Notes: a model not told the origin generated them from the sequence alone. A DNA stretch of 64,000 nucleotides from a virus (IMGVR_UViG_3300046492_000458:1645-65644), one strand, 5' to 3'. Positions 18,865 through 27,536 are shown, numbered from the stretch's first letter. Numbers and translations: made by a program.

Positions 18865-19311
18865 ATGACCGATCCCGAGACTGTCGCCACCGAGAAGGAC
18901 CACGCCGTGAAGGCCTGGTACCTGTTCACCAACCACCGCAACTTCAGGGCCCGCGTGCCCGACTGGCGTGAGACGAAGGCTCCGGACGGCTCACCGCGGC
19001 TGGTTGCTGAGGTGGTCGGCCCGGGTGCCGCGCATGCTCTGCGCCTGTTCGCGTCTGAGTACCCGCTTGTTCTGGGCGGCGTCGGCGATCAGCGGCCGGG
19101 GTTCGACTACAGCACGCCGGGCCGTGTGACGTGCGTGTGGCGGCGCCACGGCGTGTGGATCGAGCTGTGGCATCCCGACATCGTGACGGCGGTCCTCGAG
19201 CCCGCGCGTACCCCGTCCCGGCCGCCCGTACGGCGCATGTTCACGCGGCCCTCCGGCCGGCTCCCGTTCACCCGACGCTCTAAGACCCCGAAGGAGACCA
19301 CCACGCCATGA
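18865..19311 (+). CDS. Hypothetical protein
   Basis: AGGAAGG RBS. Confidence 0.7.
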   Translation: MTDPETVATEKDHAVKAWYLFTNHRNFRARVPDWRETKAPDGSPRLVAEVVGPGAAHALRLFASEYPLVLGGVGDQRPGFDYSTPGRVTCVWRRHGVWIELWHPDIVTAVLEPARTPSRPPVRRMFTRPSGRLPFTRRSKTPKETTTP

Positions 19312-19829
19312 CGACCGCCCTTGAGGATCACAAGCCCGAGCCATGGTTCTGGGAAGCAGGCGCCACGGAGTGCCCCCACGGGGCCGAGCCGAGGTACGAG
19401 TTCTTCGGCGACGCCTGGGATGCCTGGCGGGAACGACACCCGTCCAGCGACAGCGGACCGATCTGCCTCGATGCACCAGCAGGCGAGGCGTGCGGCGCCT
19501 GCTCCGAGGAGTGCGGCGAGATGGTGCCGTGGGCCTCCTGCCGTGCCAGGAAGCGTTCCCTGCGCGACGGAGAGTCGAGGCAAGCTCCTCTCACTCACAC
19601 CCCGGTCACCGTTACTGGAGGCGACCTGGAGTGCCTGGAGAAGGAGTGCGACGACTTCGTCGACGAAGACGGCAACGAGATCCCCGGCAAGGAGACCTGC
19701 TCGCACCTGAGCGAGATGGAGATCTGCGAGGCCTGTACCGGGCCGTGGGGAAAGGGCGAGTTCCCGCCTGTCGTCGCTTGGACGGACTGCGCTAAGCGTC
19801 TCGCCAGGGCGGGGGCGCATTCCGCATGA
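19308..19829 (+). CDS. Cys-rich hypothetical protein
   Basis: Several CxxC pairs; ATGA overlaps. Confidence 0.7.
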   Translation: MTTALEDHKPEPWFWEAGATECPHGAEPRYEFFGDAWDAWRERHPSSDSGPICLDAPAGEACGACSEECGEMVPWASCRARKRSLRDGESRQAPLTHTPVTVTGGDLECLEKECDDFVDEDGNEIPGKETCSHLSEMEICEACTGPWGKGEFPPVVAWTDCAKRLARAGAHSA

Positions 19830-20371
19830 CGAGCACCCTCGAGGACCTGGCCGTCATCGGCCGCCGTGTCGAGTTCGCGTACTACCGCAGCCTGCACGAC
19901 GACTCCGAAACCCTGTACCTGCCGGGCATCATCACCGCCATCACCGACGACCCGGCCAGCCTGCGGGTCCGCCTGGACGGGCAGCGCTCCAACCTGCCCC
20001 TCCGCCCCGACTACGAGGGCCTGCGCTACCTCGAGCAGGTCGTGCCCGTCCCCGACCTTCCGATGGGACGCTTCATCCCCACCGTCGACGACCTGGAAGG
20101 TGTATGGGAAGGCGTCCCGCTCTGTTCCATCGGTGAGGACGGTGACCTGATCGTCCTCACCGGCGACCGAGCGAAGGCCATCGCCGCGGCCCGCACCTAC
20201 CTGGACGAGATGGGCGGCGTGGACCTCGACTACGTCGACTTCGACGACATCCGCGCGCACTGGGCGGTCTTCGAGTGGCAGCCCGAGGGCGCCGAGTGCC
20301 CGTGGCTCGTCGACTGGGACGCCGCCGAGGGCGACGACCAGGCCATCCGCATCCACTACCTGCCCGCCTGA
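19826..20371 (+). CDS. Hypothetical protein
   Basis: Coupled ORF, GC3 bias. Confidence 0.75.
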   Translation: MTSTLEDLAVIGRRVEFAYYRSLHDDSETLYLPGIITAITDDPASLRVRLDGQRSNLPLRPDYEGLRYLEQVVPVPDLPMGRFIPTVDDLEGVWEGVPLCSIGEDGDLIVLTGDRAKAIAAARTYLDEMGGVDLDYVDFDDIRAHWAVFEWQPEGAECPWLVDWDAAEGDDQAIRIHYLPA

Positions 20372-20385
20372 GGAGGCAACCCCGC

Positions 20386-20901
20386 ATGACCGCCACACCC
20401 GAGACCGAGACCGACATTGAGATCCCGCAGACTCCCGAGCAGCTCCTCACCGACCTCGGCGAGCTCCACACCCGCACTCTCGTCTCCCCGCTTCCCAAGC
20501 ATCCGGCCGCCATGGGCTGGCAGGCCATCGCCGGATCCATGACTGCCGGCTTCGCGCGAGCCCTGCACGCCCTGAACGAGGTCGACCCGGGCAAGGCTGC
20601 GGAGATCACCGTCTGGTTCCAGGGCCCGTTCGAGGACGGACCGGACCCGGAAGAGCACACGGACTGGCTCGAGCGGAACGTCGCGAAGGACCTGGACGAG
20701 ATGGAGCAGTGGGTGAAGGACGGCCGCCGTCTGGCGGAGTCGTCCAAGGCCTCCACCGAGGCCCGCGAGGCACCGGACGTCCAGGCCGCAGCGCGCTGGC
20801 GTGCTGTGGAGCCGCTCATCACCGAGGCGCACGAGAAGGACACCGCCTTCATCGACACCGTCGACCTGGCTGCCGCGGCAGGCCTGGGCGGTGGCGAGTG
20901 A
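20386..20901 (+). CDS. Hypothetical protein
   Basis: GAGGAGG RBS. Confidence 0.75.
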   Translation: MTATPETETDIEIPQTPEQLLTDLGELHTRTLVSPLPKHPAAMGWQAIAGSMTAGFARALHALNEVDPGKAAEITVWFQGPFEDGPDPEEHTDWLERNVAKDLDEMEQWVKDGRRLAESSKASTEAREAPDVQAAARWRAVEPLITEAHEKDTAFIDTVDLAAAAGLGGGE

Positions 20902-21239
20902 CCACAACACCCAAGTTGAAGCCCCTCGCACCGCTCGCCCGCACGATCGCCGACATCGTCCGCGACACCCCGATCCGGCTCGGCAGTCCTGACGGGGCGG
21001 CCGACCTGGTAGCCCAGCTGACGGTCAACGTGGCCGCCTACGCCGGTGCGCAGACCCTGCCGCTCATCGACGCTCTGCGCACCGTGTACAGCTCCATGGA
21101 GGCTTCCCGGCCTGACGAGTGGGCGATGGAGTGGCTCGGTGACGTGTGGTCGACGCTGCCACTGGATGTGCGGGCCGTTGCTGGTGACGAGGACGCTGCT
21201 GCCGAACTCGCCGCCCTGGCCTTGGAGCCGGTTCGATGA
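20898..21239 (+). CDS. Hypothetical protein
   Basis: GTGA overlap. Confidence 0.7.
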   Translation: MTTTPKLKPLAPLARTIADIVRDTPIRLGSPDGAADLVAQLTVNVAAYAGAQTLPLIDALRTVYSSMEASRPDEWAMEWLGDVWSTLPLDVRAVAGDEDAAAELAALALEPVR

Positions 21240-21682
21240 CCGCCCCGGTGCAGGTGGGCCCGTCGCCTCAGGGTGGCGGGCCCGTCCCGTCCAAGCAGAA
21301 GAACCTGCCGACCCTCGAGCAGCTCCTCATCCTGGTTGCTCGTGCTGAACGCAAGGGCGGTCTGGACTACATCGAGGGACGCCGGCTGCGTGACGGCATC
21401 CTGCAGTTCGCCGAGAGTCGGTCGGATGAGACGGACGAGGCGGAGCTGCGCAGGAAGTACTTGAACGCGCGCCAGCGGGCGTGGAAGTGGAAGCGGCGGG
21501 CTACCACGCAAGGTGTGGGGCCTGTCGGGCCGGCCGACCTTCAGCATGCCCAGCCGGTTGACGTTCGCGCCGAGGACTCCGTGCGTCGGGTGACAGAGCT
21601 GGCCACACGGTGGATGCACATTCCGGCGAAGCGCCAGGCAGGCCTTTCCGTGCTGGCCGCTCTGTCGGAACGGCAGCCGTAG
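21236..21682 (+). CDS. Hypothetical protein
   Basis: ATGA overlap. Confidence 0.7.
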   Translation: MTAPVQVGPSPQGGGPVPSKQKNLPTLEQLLILVARAERKGGLDYIEGRRLRDGILQFAESRSDETDEAELRRKYLNARQRAWKWKRRATTQGVGPVGPADLQHAQPVDVRAEDSVRRVTELATRWMHIPAKRQAGLSVLAALSERQP

Positions 21683-21780
21683 CCCGACTCAGTCAACGCA
21701 GCGTGACGAAATTCCGTTGAAAGTCTCCTCCGCCCCCAGGCGGGCAACTACCCACCGTCACACCAACCCTGGGAGGGCTG

Positions 21781-22008
21781 ATGCCTCCATGCCTTCGCAT
21801 CCTGTTCGATCAGATCGGTCTCATCGTCGCCCTCGCCGGGGCGTTCGCCGGCGTGTGGATAGCCGTCACCGGTACGTACCGGCCGCCGATGTGGGTGAAC
21901 CCGGTCGCCGCGGCCGGGGTGATGGGCCTGGCCACCGTGCTGGAGGCCATAGCCCGCTCCCGCCGTCCCCGGGTTGTCCCGGCCCGGCATCGGAGGACCG
22001 TCCGATGA
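21781..22008 (+). CDS. Small membrane protein (2 TM)
   Basis: GGGAGG RBS; two hydrophobic stretches. Confidence 0.65.
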   Translation: MPPCLRILFDQIGLIVALAGAFAGVWIAVTGTYRPPMWVNPVAAAGVMGLATVLEAIARSRRPRVVPARHRRTVR

Positions 22009-22202
22009 TTCGTATCCCGTGCCCGGTCTGCCACCGCGAGGTCGGCCTGTCCGCCCGCGGCCTGCTTTACCGGCACGGCGACTGCCCGAAGTCCGGGAGG
22101 CCGATCGGCCGTATCTGGCCCACCCGGCACCACGGGCGTCGTGTCCGCACGATCCCCGGCCCGGACACCTGGAACCCCTCATCCCTTGAAGGAGCAGCAT
22201 GA
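22005..22202 (+). CDS. Small Zn-finger protein
   Basis: CPVC...H..C; GGAGGA RBS. Confidence 0.65.
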   Translation: MIRIPCPVCHREVGLSARGLLYRHGDCPKSGRPIGRIWPTRHHGRRVRTIPGPDTWNPSSLEGAA

Positions 22203-23008
22203 CCGACCAACCAGCGACCGAAGCGACCGAGCTGGACAAGGCGCGCCGCTACCTCCGTCCGGTGGCGGCCACGATCATCTCTGACGATCCGGATGGTGTG
22301 CACCTGGCCGTTTACTCGTGGCTGCCGATGTTCGACGAGTGGGCCACCGGTCCCGGCCTGTGTGGGGAGTCGATGCGCCAGGGGGCCCTGCCGGAGGGCA
22401 CGGAGGTGACATGCCCGCGGTGTCTGGAGTGGCAGCCGAAGTATGAGCGGATGCTGGCGCCTGGCTATCGGCCGGAGGAAGACGACGCGGACGTCCTGCG
22501 GCAGCGCCTTGAGGAGTCCCAAGAGGAGACGAGGAAACTCAGGGAGCGTCTCCGACTGACCACCGATGAGAAAATCGCGGATCTGGCCCGTCCGACCATC
22601 GACCTTCTCTATACGGAGATCGACCGCCTGAAGGCGGAGGTGGCGGCGGCCCGCAAGTTCGCGGGGGAGATGCGGGACTTCTGCTCCCCGCATGGTGTGT
22701 CTGTCGGCTACGCGGACCGGCTGCTCGAGGCCATGGACCGGGCGAAGGCGGCGGACCCCGGCCCGCCAGGAACCGTCCGCGGGGCTGTTCCGGCCGAGTA
22801 TGTACGGCTGAAGGGCCAACTCGAGGCCGATCTGCGCAAGATGACCGCCTGCGCTGCGCAGCCCCCGAAGCCGGGCGCGGAGGAGGGCCGGGTCGCGCAG
22901 GGAGGCATCGCTGCGGGCATCCGGACCTCCCTGGCGTGGGCCATCCACTGCTTCGAGGGCTCTGCGGCGCGGGAAGCGTTCCTGAAGAGGCTGGAGGGCG
23001 ACCGGTGA
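22199..23008 (+). CDS. Hypothetical protein with Zn motif and coiled coil
   Basis: H...GLCG...VTCPRC; AAGGAG RBS. Confidence 0.75.
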   Translation: MTDQPATEATELDKARRYLRPVAATIISDDPDGVHLAVYSWLPMFDEWATGPGLCGESMRQGALPEGTEVTCPRCLEWQPKYERMLAPGYRPEEDDADVLRQRLEESQEETRKLRERLRLTTDEKIADLARPTIDLLYTEIDRLKAEVAAARKFAGEMRDFCSPHGVSVGYADRLLEAMDRAKAADPGPPGTVRGAVPAEYVRLKGQLEADLRKMTACAAQPPKPGAEEGRVAQGGIAAGIRTSLAWAIHCFEGSAAREAFLKRLEGDR

Positions 23009-23655
23009 GCGCCCCGCAGAACTCGGCGGCCGCGAAGGCTAAGGCGATCCGTGAGCATGCCCGGCGGGGCGTGTGGCGGCGTGTCACCGCGTGGGCGGGC
23101 CTGAACCCGGCCGCGGCCCGCGCGGACGCCAAGGCGGCCCTGTGGGCGCACGGAGCCCAGGGCGAGGCCGCCACCGAAGCCCTCCTCGCACCCCTCGTAC
23201 AGGCGGGCTGGACGATCCGGCACGACCTCCGATTAGCCGGGGCCCGGTGGAACGTGGACACGGTCCTCGTCTCCCCGTGCGGGACGGCAGTGGTGGTGCT
23301 GGACACGAAGGCATGGCGCCGGAACTGGCCCACCAGGCTGGTCCGCGGCCGGGTGTACTGCGGAGACGAGGACCGGCACGGCCAGGTGGAGAAGGTCGCC
23401 GGATACGCGGAGCGGATATCCCGGGCGCTCGGCCTGCCGGGGGTGAAGGTGCTTCCACTACTGGTGGTGCACGGCTCCCCGGTGGCCGGCGGGCACCTGG
23501 ACGTCCGGATGCCCGGGATGACGGACCCGGTGTACGTGCTTGGCCCGGACTGGCTGGTCCCGACGCTGGCGGCCGCTCCGAAGGCCCGGGATCCTCGGCG
23601 TGCGGCCGCGGTGGCCGCGAGGGTGGACGCGGTACTTCACCCGTACAGGGAATGA
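23005..23655 (+). CDS. NERD (nuclease-related) domain protein
   Basis: GAQGEAAT, WTIRHDL, NVDTVLVSP, VLDTKAW. Confidence 0.85.
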   Translation: MSAPQNSAAAKAKAIREHARRGVWRRVTAWAGLNPAAARADAKAALWAHGAQGEAATEALLAPLVQAGWTIRHDLRLAGARWNVDTVLVSPCGTAVVVLDTKAWRRNWPTRLVRGRVYCGDEDRHGQVEKVAGYAERISRALGLPGVKVLPLLVVHGSPVAGGHLDVRMPGMTDPVYVLGPDWLVPTLAAAPKARDPRRAAAVAARVDAVLHPYRE

Positions 23656-23700
23656 GGCGTACGGTGCTGGTGCACCACATTGGGGGGCGCCCATACGAAG

Positions 23701-23740
23701 GCGGCCCGTCGTTCTCCGGAGCGGCGGGCCGTCTTTTTTT
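23701..23740 (+). terminator. Intrinsic terminator
   Basis: GCGGCCCGTCGTT...AGCGGCGGGCCGT hairpin plus T7. Confidence 0.8.
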
Positions 23741-23745
23741 GTGCC

Positions 23746-23766
23746 TACACTCGAACACATGCACGA
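23746..23766 (+). promoter_or_regulatory. -10 box with a LexA SOS box overlapping a leaderless start
   Basis: TACACT (23746-23751); TCGAAC-ACAT-GCACGA (23751-23766) covers ATG 23759. Confidence 0.7.
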
Positions 23767-24100
23767 TGATCTGCCGCCTGACCTGCCGCGACTCGAAGCG
23801 ATCGAGACGTACCTGGCGCTCACTCTCGCGCGGGTGCGGGAGAAGAAGGCGGACCTGCAGCGCCGGGAGCAGGAGCGGCAGCGCGGTGCGGAGGCGCGGC
23901 CGCCGACACCGGACTGGCTGATCGAGCAGGCGCTGAGCCGGGACACGCCGCCCGTGTACGTGCACGTGGGCGGCTGCCACATGACGGGGAAGCGCTCGAA
24001 AGGCGTGAGGCGGGAAGCGGCGTTGCGAGCCCTGGTGGAGGGTGTGCCCGCGTGTTCGCATTGCCGTCCGGACTCGGAGCTCGGCTACCTCGAGGGATGA
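23759..24100 (+). CDS. DUF6233-like domain protein
   Basis: VHVGGC...AALRALVEGVPACSHCRPDSELG C-terminal motif. Confidence 0.8.
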   Translation: MHDDLPPDLPRLEAIETYLALTLARVREKKADLQRREQERQRGAEARPPTPDWLIEQALSRDTPPVYVHVGGCHMTGKRSKGVRREAALRALVEGVPACSHCRPDSELGYLEG

Positions 24101-24104
24101 CGTG

Positions 24105-24142
24105 CCACAGCCTCTCATCCATCGACGGATGAGAGGCTGTGG
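24105..24142. terminator. Bidirectional hairpin between convergent genes
   Basis: Perfect 16-bp stem CCACAGCCTCTCATCC/GGATGAGAGGCTGTGG. Confidence 0.7.
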
Positions 24143-24178
24143 TCCGCATCTCTTGGAACTGCGGACCGTTTCGTGCGT

Positions 24179-24658
24179 TCAGAGGCCGGCGACGATCAGG
24201 CGGCGGAGCATCTCTGCGCGGCTGACCCCTTCCTGCGCGGCGCGGTCGTCGACCTTCTTGATGTCGTCGGGGTCAAGGCGGGTCTCAACCTTGGGCCCCA
24301 CCGTGGGCCTGCCTCCAAGGCTCGGACCGGATTCGTCGGGGGCGTCAGGGAAGTGCTCGGCCAGCACGGACTCCGCTTCGTCGCCTCCGCTCTTGATGAC
24401 CCAGTCGCGGGCCTCGTCGTCGGTGAGGAAACTCCAGCGGTCGGGCCCGTTGAACTCGCGCCTGGCGTCACAGTGTTCAACCCAGCGTCCGCCCTTGGTG
24501 CGGTACAGGTCGGAGCGGGTGGTCTGGAGGCCGGACACCTTGCCGCGGTGGTTGCTGCCGTCCCAGTAGCTGTCCTCTTCCAGGATGTGGGTGGCGGCGT
24601 CCAGATCGAAGTAGCCCAGTCGGATGCCGTCGGCGTCGTGGATGGTGATGCGGTTCAT
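24179..24658 (-). CDS. Protein with C-terminal CopG/RHH domain
   Basis: GGRPTVG.KVETRL...KVDDRAAQEGVSRAEMLRRLI; N-terminal LYRTKGGRWV. Confidence 0.8.
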   Translation of the reverse strand: MNRITIHDADGIRLGYFDLDAATHILEEDSYWDGSNHRGKVSGLQTTRSDLYRTKGGRWVEHCDARREFNGPDRWSFLTDDEARDWVIKSGGDEAESVLAEHFPDAPDESGPSLGGRPTVGPKVETRLDPDDIKKVDDRAAQEGVSRAEMLRRLIVAGL

Positions 24659-25506
24659 CAGTAGTCGCCCTTCAGTGAGGTGATGTAGGTGGAAGCCTCG
24701 GCCTTGGACAGTTCTTCGATTCCAGCGCGGTCGGTGGGGCCCTGGAAGAATCCGCCGCCCTCGCCGGTGCGGGCCCGCACGGTCAGGAGCTGGAGGATGT
24801 AGTCGACCTGTCGGGCGGTGGCCAGCTCGCCCTTGGTGCGGCGGGCCTCGGCGAGCTGCTCTTCGCGGGCCTCGCGGACGGTCGCTTCGGCGGCGGCGAT
24901 GGCGTCCTTCTCCGCCTTCTCCGCGATGCGCTGTTCGGCGCCCGCGGCATGCTGATTCGCCCACTGGATGAGGATGTCCACGACGGTGGTGCCGGCGGGG
25001 GTGTTCTTGCCTTCGGCGGTCCAGTCGGCTTCGATCCGCATCCGCAGGTCGCTCGGGTCGCCTTTGGTGGATCCGGTGACGACCCAGTAGGTGGTGCGGT
25101 CTATGCGGCCGGCGCGGGGCAGGGCCTTTTCGATGCGGAAGCCGTCGGGGGTGTTCTCGTAGAACTTGGCGTAGAACTTGGCGAGGTCCTCGGTGAAGAA
25201 GGGCTCGCCGTGGATGCGCAGGTCCTTGCCGGGACCGTATCCGGCAGGGGTTCCGTCGGTGCGGACGATGGAGTACGTGGTGCGGGCTTTGCCGTACTGG
25301 ATGGTGCTTCCTTCTTCGACGCGGTACTTCGGCTCGTCGGTCATGCGGGCCTTCCTCTGGCCGATGGCAATGCGGGCGGCGAGGGAGGCGATGTCGATGA
25401 TCCAGCGGCCGGCCTGCTTGACGGCGGCGACGGCTCCGACGCGGCACCAGGTGCGGATGGTGGCGACGGTGACGTTGGCCTGGGTGGCTGCGGCGGTGGT
25501 GTTCAT
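24658..25506 (-). CDS. Protein with N-terminal HTH (MerR/HTH_17-like)
   Basis: MNTTAAATQANVTVATIRTWCRVGAV...GRWII; GGGAGGGG RBS. Confidence 0.8.
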   Translation of the reverse strand: MNTTAAATQANVTVATIRTWCRVGAVAAVKQAGRWIIDIASLAARIAIGQRKARMTDEPKYRVEEGSTIQYGKARTTYSIVRTDGTPAGYGPGKDLRIHGEPFFTEDLAKFYAKFYENTPDGFRIEKALPRAGRIDRTTYWVVTGSTKGDPSDLRMRIEADWTAEGKNTPAGTTVVDILIQWANQHAAGAEQRIAEKAEKDAIAAAEATVREAREEQLAEARRTKGELATARQVDYILQLLTVRARTGEGGGFFQGPTDRAGIEELSKAEASTYITSLKGDY

Positions 25507-25536
25507 CAGGTTCCCCTCCCTGCAAGCGGATGTTTC

Positions 25537-25578
25537 CGCATGCGTTAACTATGACAGACGGTTAACGCATGCGTCAAC
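25537..25578 (-). promoter_or_regulatory. Promoter overlapped by a 13-bp inverted-repeat operator
   Basis: CGCATGCGTTAAC-N11-GTTAACGCATGCG; on the minus strand TTGACG-N18-CATAGT. Confidence 0.75.
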
Positions 25579-25590
25579 CGTTTTGAGGGG

Positions 25591-25624
25591 AAACAAAGAG
25601 CCCCGACCCAGAAGGGCCGGGGCT
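25591..25624 (-). terminator. Intrinsic terminator of the CRISPR-like RNA
   Basis: Minus-strand RNA AGCCCCGGCCC-UUCU-GGGUCGGGGCU then CUUUGUUU; the G-U pair forms only in this orientation. Confidence 0.75.
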
Positions 25625-25690
25625 AACCCCGCATCGGCGGGGACAACTCGAAGTACTGAACTGGAACACCCCCGCAGCAGCGGGGAGCAA
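25619..25690 (-). CRISPR. Cas-less mini-array: two degenerate type I-E-like 29-nt repeats with a 14-nt spacer
   Basis: TTGCTCCCCGCTGCTGCGGGGGTGTTCCA (25690-25662), GTTCAGTACTTCGA, GTTGTCCCCGCCGATGCGGGGTTAGCCCC (25647-25619); both have the 5+6+4+6+8 geometry of I-E repeats. Confidence 0.72.
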
Positions 25691-25718
25691 GGCCGGTGTG
25701 TCGCGCACCAGACCGCCC

Positions 25719-25741
25719 ACTATGGCATGCGGCACTGACAA
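25719..25741 (-). promoter_or_regulatory. RecA-NDp/PafBC-type DNA-damage promoter motif
   Basis: TTGTCAGTG-CCGCATGC-CATAGT matches TTGTCRGTG-N8-TANNNT with a C at the first -10 position. Confidence 0.6.
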
Positions 25742-25934
25742 CGCCCTCGGACATGCCTGTGGCCCGGTCTCCCCAGAGACGCGGGCCACAGGGTTCCCCG
25801 GGCGGCAATGCGGATTGCGGCCGGGAGGTGTCGGCTGGTGCCGCCACGGGGGACGTACACGGCACCAGCGCCACGGCGAGTCTCCCACGCCACGTCAGGC
25901 GGACGGGCCGGTTCAGGCAGGGATCCGCGTGCCT

Positions 25935-26159
25935 CTATCCCCAGGTGGTGTCGAGGGGCGTGATGGTCGGCAGGTCGACGGGAAGGGTGACGGGAAGGTC
26001 GACAGGCTCGCTGCCCCACGTGGTGTCGTCCGCGGTGTCGGAGGCGCCCCAGGTGGTGTCTATGCGGGGGGCGGCGACGGTGTGGGTGATGACGGCGCCG
26101 GTCGCTGCGGCGGTGGCGAGGGTGAGGCCGGCGACGATGCAGCGGATGCGCTTGCTCAC
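25935..26159 (-). CDS. Secreted propeptide (74 aa) with three DTTWG motifs
   Basis: AGAAGGGA RBS plus GTG; basic then hydrophobic signal peptide; RIDTTWG, DDTTWG and C-terminal PLDTTWG*. Confidence 0.8.
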   Translation of the reverse strand: MSKRIRCIVAGLTLATAAATGAVITHTVAAPRIDTTWGASDTADDTTWGSEPVDLPVTLPVDLPTITPLDTTWG

Positions 26160-26440
26160 GGGCGGGTCCCTTCTTGGGTTGTCCGGGGAACGATAACGGG
26201 GCGCCGTCCCGGTTTCCTCGTGCTCCATGTCCGCTGCGAATCCCGTTGCGTGTGGCGCGCTTTCTGGCAGTAGGCGCGTGTGGTGCGTGGGGAGGACGTG
26301 GAGTACGAGCGCCGGGGGACGCCCCGCAACTAAACTGCCGTAGAGTCTTTTCATCCTCAACCTTTGTGTGCTGCGTATCTACGCATTGCGTGTAAGCGCA
26401 GTGCAGGGCCGTATTTTTGACGGGGGATCAAGCTTTGGCC

Positions 26441-27532
26441 ATGCATTTCGGATCGAGTGATCAGGGATTCCTGTCTGCTGATGATGTTCAGGTGTTTGGC
26501 CTGATCGCGGACGGTGGAGGGGTGCCGGAGGGGTGTGCGGATTCCGTTGCCCGGTTGGCCGACCTGGGGTTTGTGAAGATCGATTCCGGGGGTGGGGACA
26601 GACCAGTCGCCCTGAATCCCGAGGACATAAAGCAGCGCACCCTCGAGGCATTGCTCACCGAGGCCGCCGAACGGGTCGCCAAAATGCGCACCTTGCACCT
26701 GATGTCGGAACAGCTGACCAAGGAGTTCGACCGCGGCCGCTCCCTGGCCGGCGGCGGCAGCGAGTACATCGACGACGCCGCAGTAGTGAACACCCGACTC
26801 GATGACCTGCTCAACTCCGCCCGCACGGAAATCCTCGCCGCCCAGCCCGGCGGACCCCGAACCAAGGAACAGCTGGAACGGTCAGTGGACCGCGACCGGG
26901 CCGCCCTCAACCGGGGGGTGTCCCTGTGCACCCTGTACCGGGACAGCGTCCGTCAGTCCTCCGCCATGGCCTCCCATATCGGGATGATGACCGGTCACGG
27001 GGCCGAGTACCGCACGCTGGTCGCCCCGTACGAGCGGGCCATCGTCATCGACCGCCGGCACGCGTTCGTGTCGGACTACGTGGTGGAGGGCTCACCCGCG
27101 CACGCGGCCTGGCATGTGACAGACCCTGCGGCGATCGGCTTCATCGTGGGCGCGTTCATGAACGCCTGGCAGCTCGCCCAGCTGTGGCGGGGAGAACCCA
27201 GGACGGAAGTCGCGGTCGAGTGGGACGGTGATACGCGCGGCGGGCACCCGGACGTCGACACCGTGTCAGGCCCGAGTGCCGGCTTGCGGACGACACCGTT
27301 GGAGCGGGTGATCCTGCGGGACATGGTCGACGGAATCCAGCAGAGCAGGACGGCGGCCCGGCTGGGCATCAGCCTTCGAACCCTGACGGATCACGTGTCG
27401 GTGTTGAAGACAAAGTTCGGTGCGGTGTCGCCGGCGCAGCTGGGCTGCAAGTTCGCCTTGGCGCCCGACTACCACTTCGATGACAGCGCCCCATTGGCCG
27501 ACGTACCCAAGACCGGCCAGCCGACGGCCTGA
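26441..27532 (+). CDS. Transcriptional regulator: TrmB-like sensor domain plus C-terminal LuxR-type HTH
   Basis: EILAAQPGG, ERAIVIDRRHAFV; ERVILRDMVDG.....AARLGISLRTL..HVS.L..KFG..S..QLG. Confidence 0.85.
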   Translation: MHFGSSDQGFLSADDVQVFGLIADGGGVPEGCADSVARLADLGFVKIDSGGGDRPVALNPEDIKQRTLEALLTEAAERVAKMRTLHLMSEQLTKEFDRGRSLAGGGSEYIDDAAVVNTRLDDLLNSARTEILAAQPGGPRTKEQLERSVDRDRAALNRGVSLCTLYRDSVRQSSAMASHIGMMTGHGAEYRTLVAPYERAIVIDRRHAFVSDYVVEGSPAHAAWHVTDPAAIGFIVGAFMNAWQLAQLWRGEPRTEVAVEWDGDTRGGHPDVDTVSGPSAGLRTTPLERVILRDMVDGIQQSRTAARLGISLRTLTDHVSVLKTKFGAVSPAQLGCKFALAPDYHFDDSAPLADVPKTGQPTA

Positions 27533-27536
27533 ACGG

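Noticed and set aside
26160-26360. Upstream extension of the DTTWG ORF given in the ORF track (141 aa)
   Set aside because: The RBS and signal peptide point to GTG 26159 as the start.
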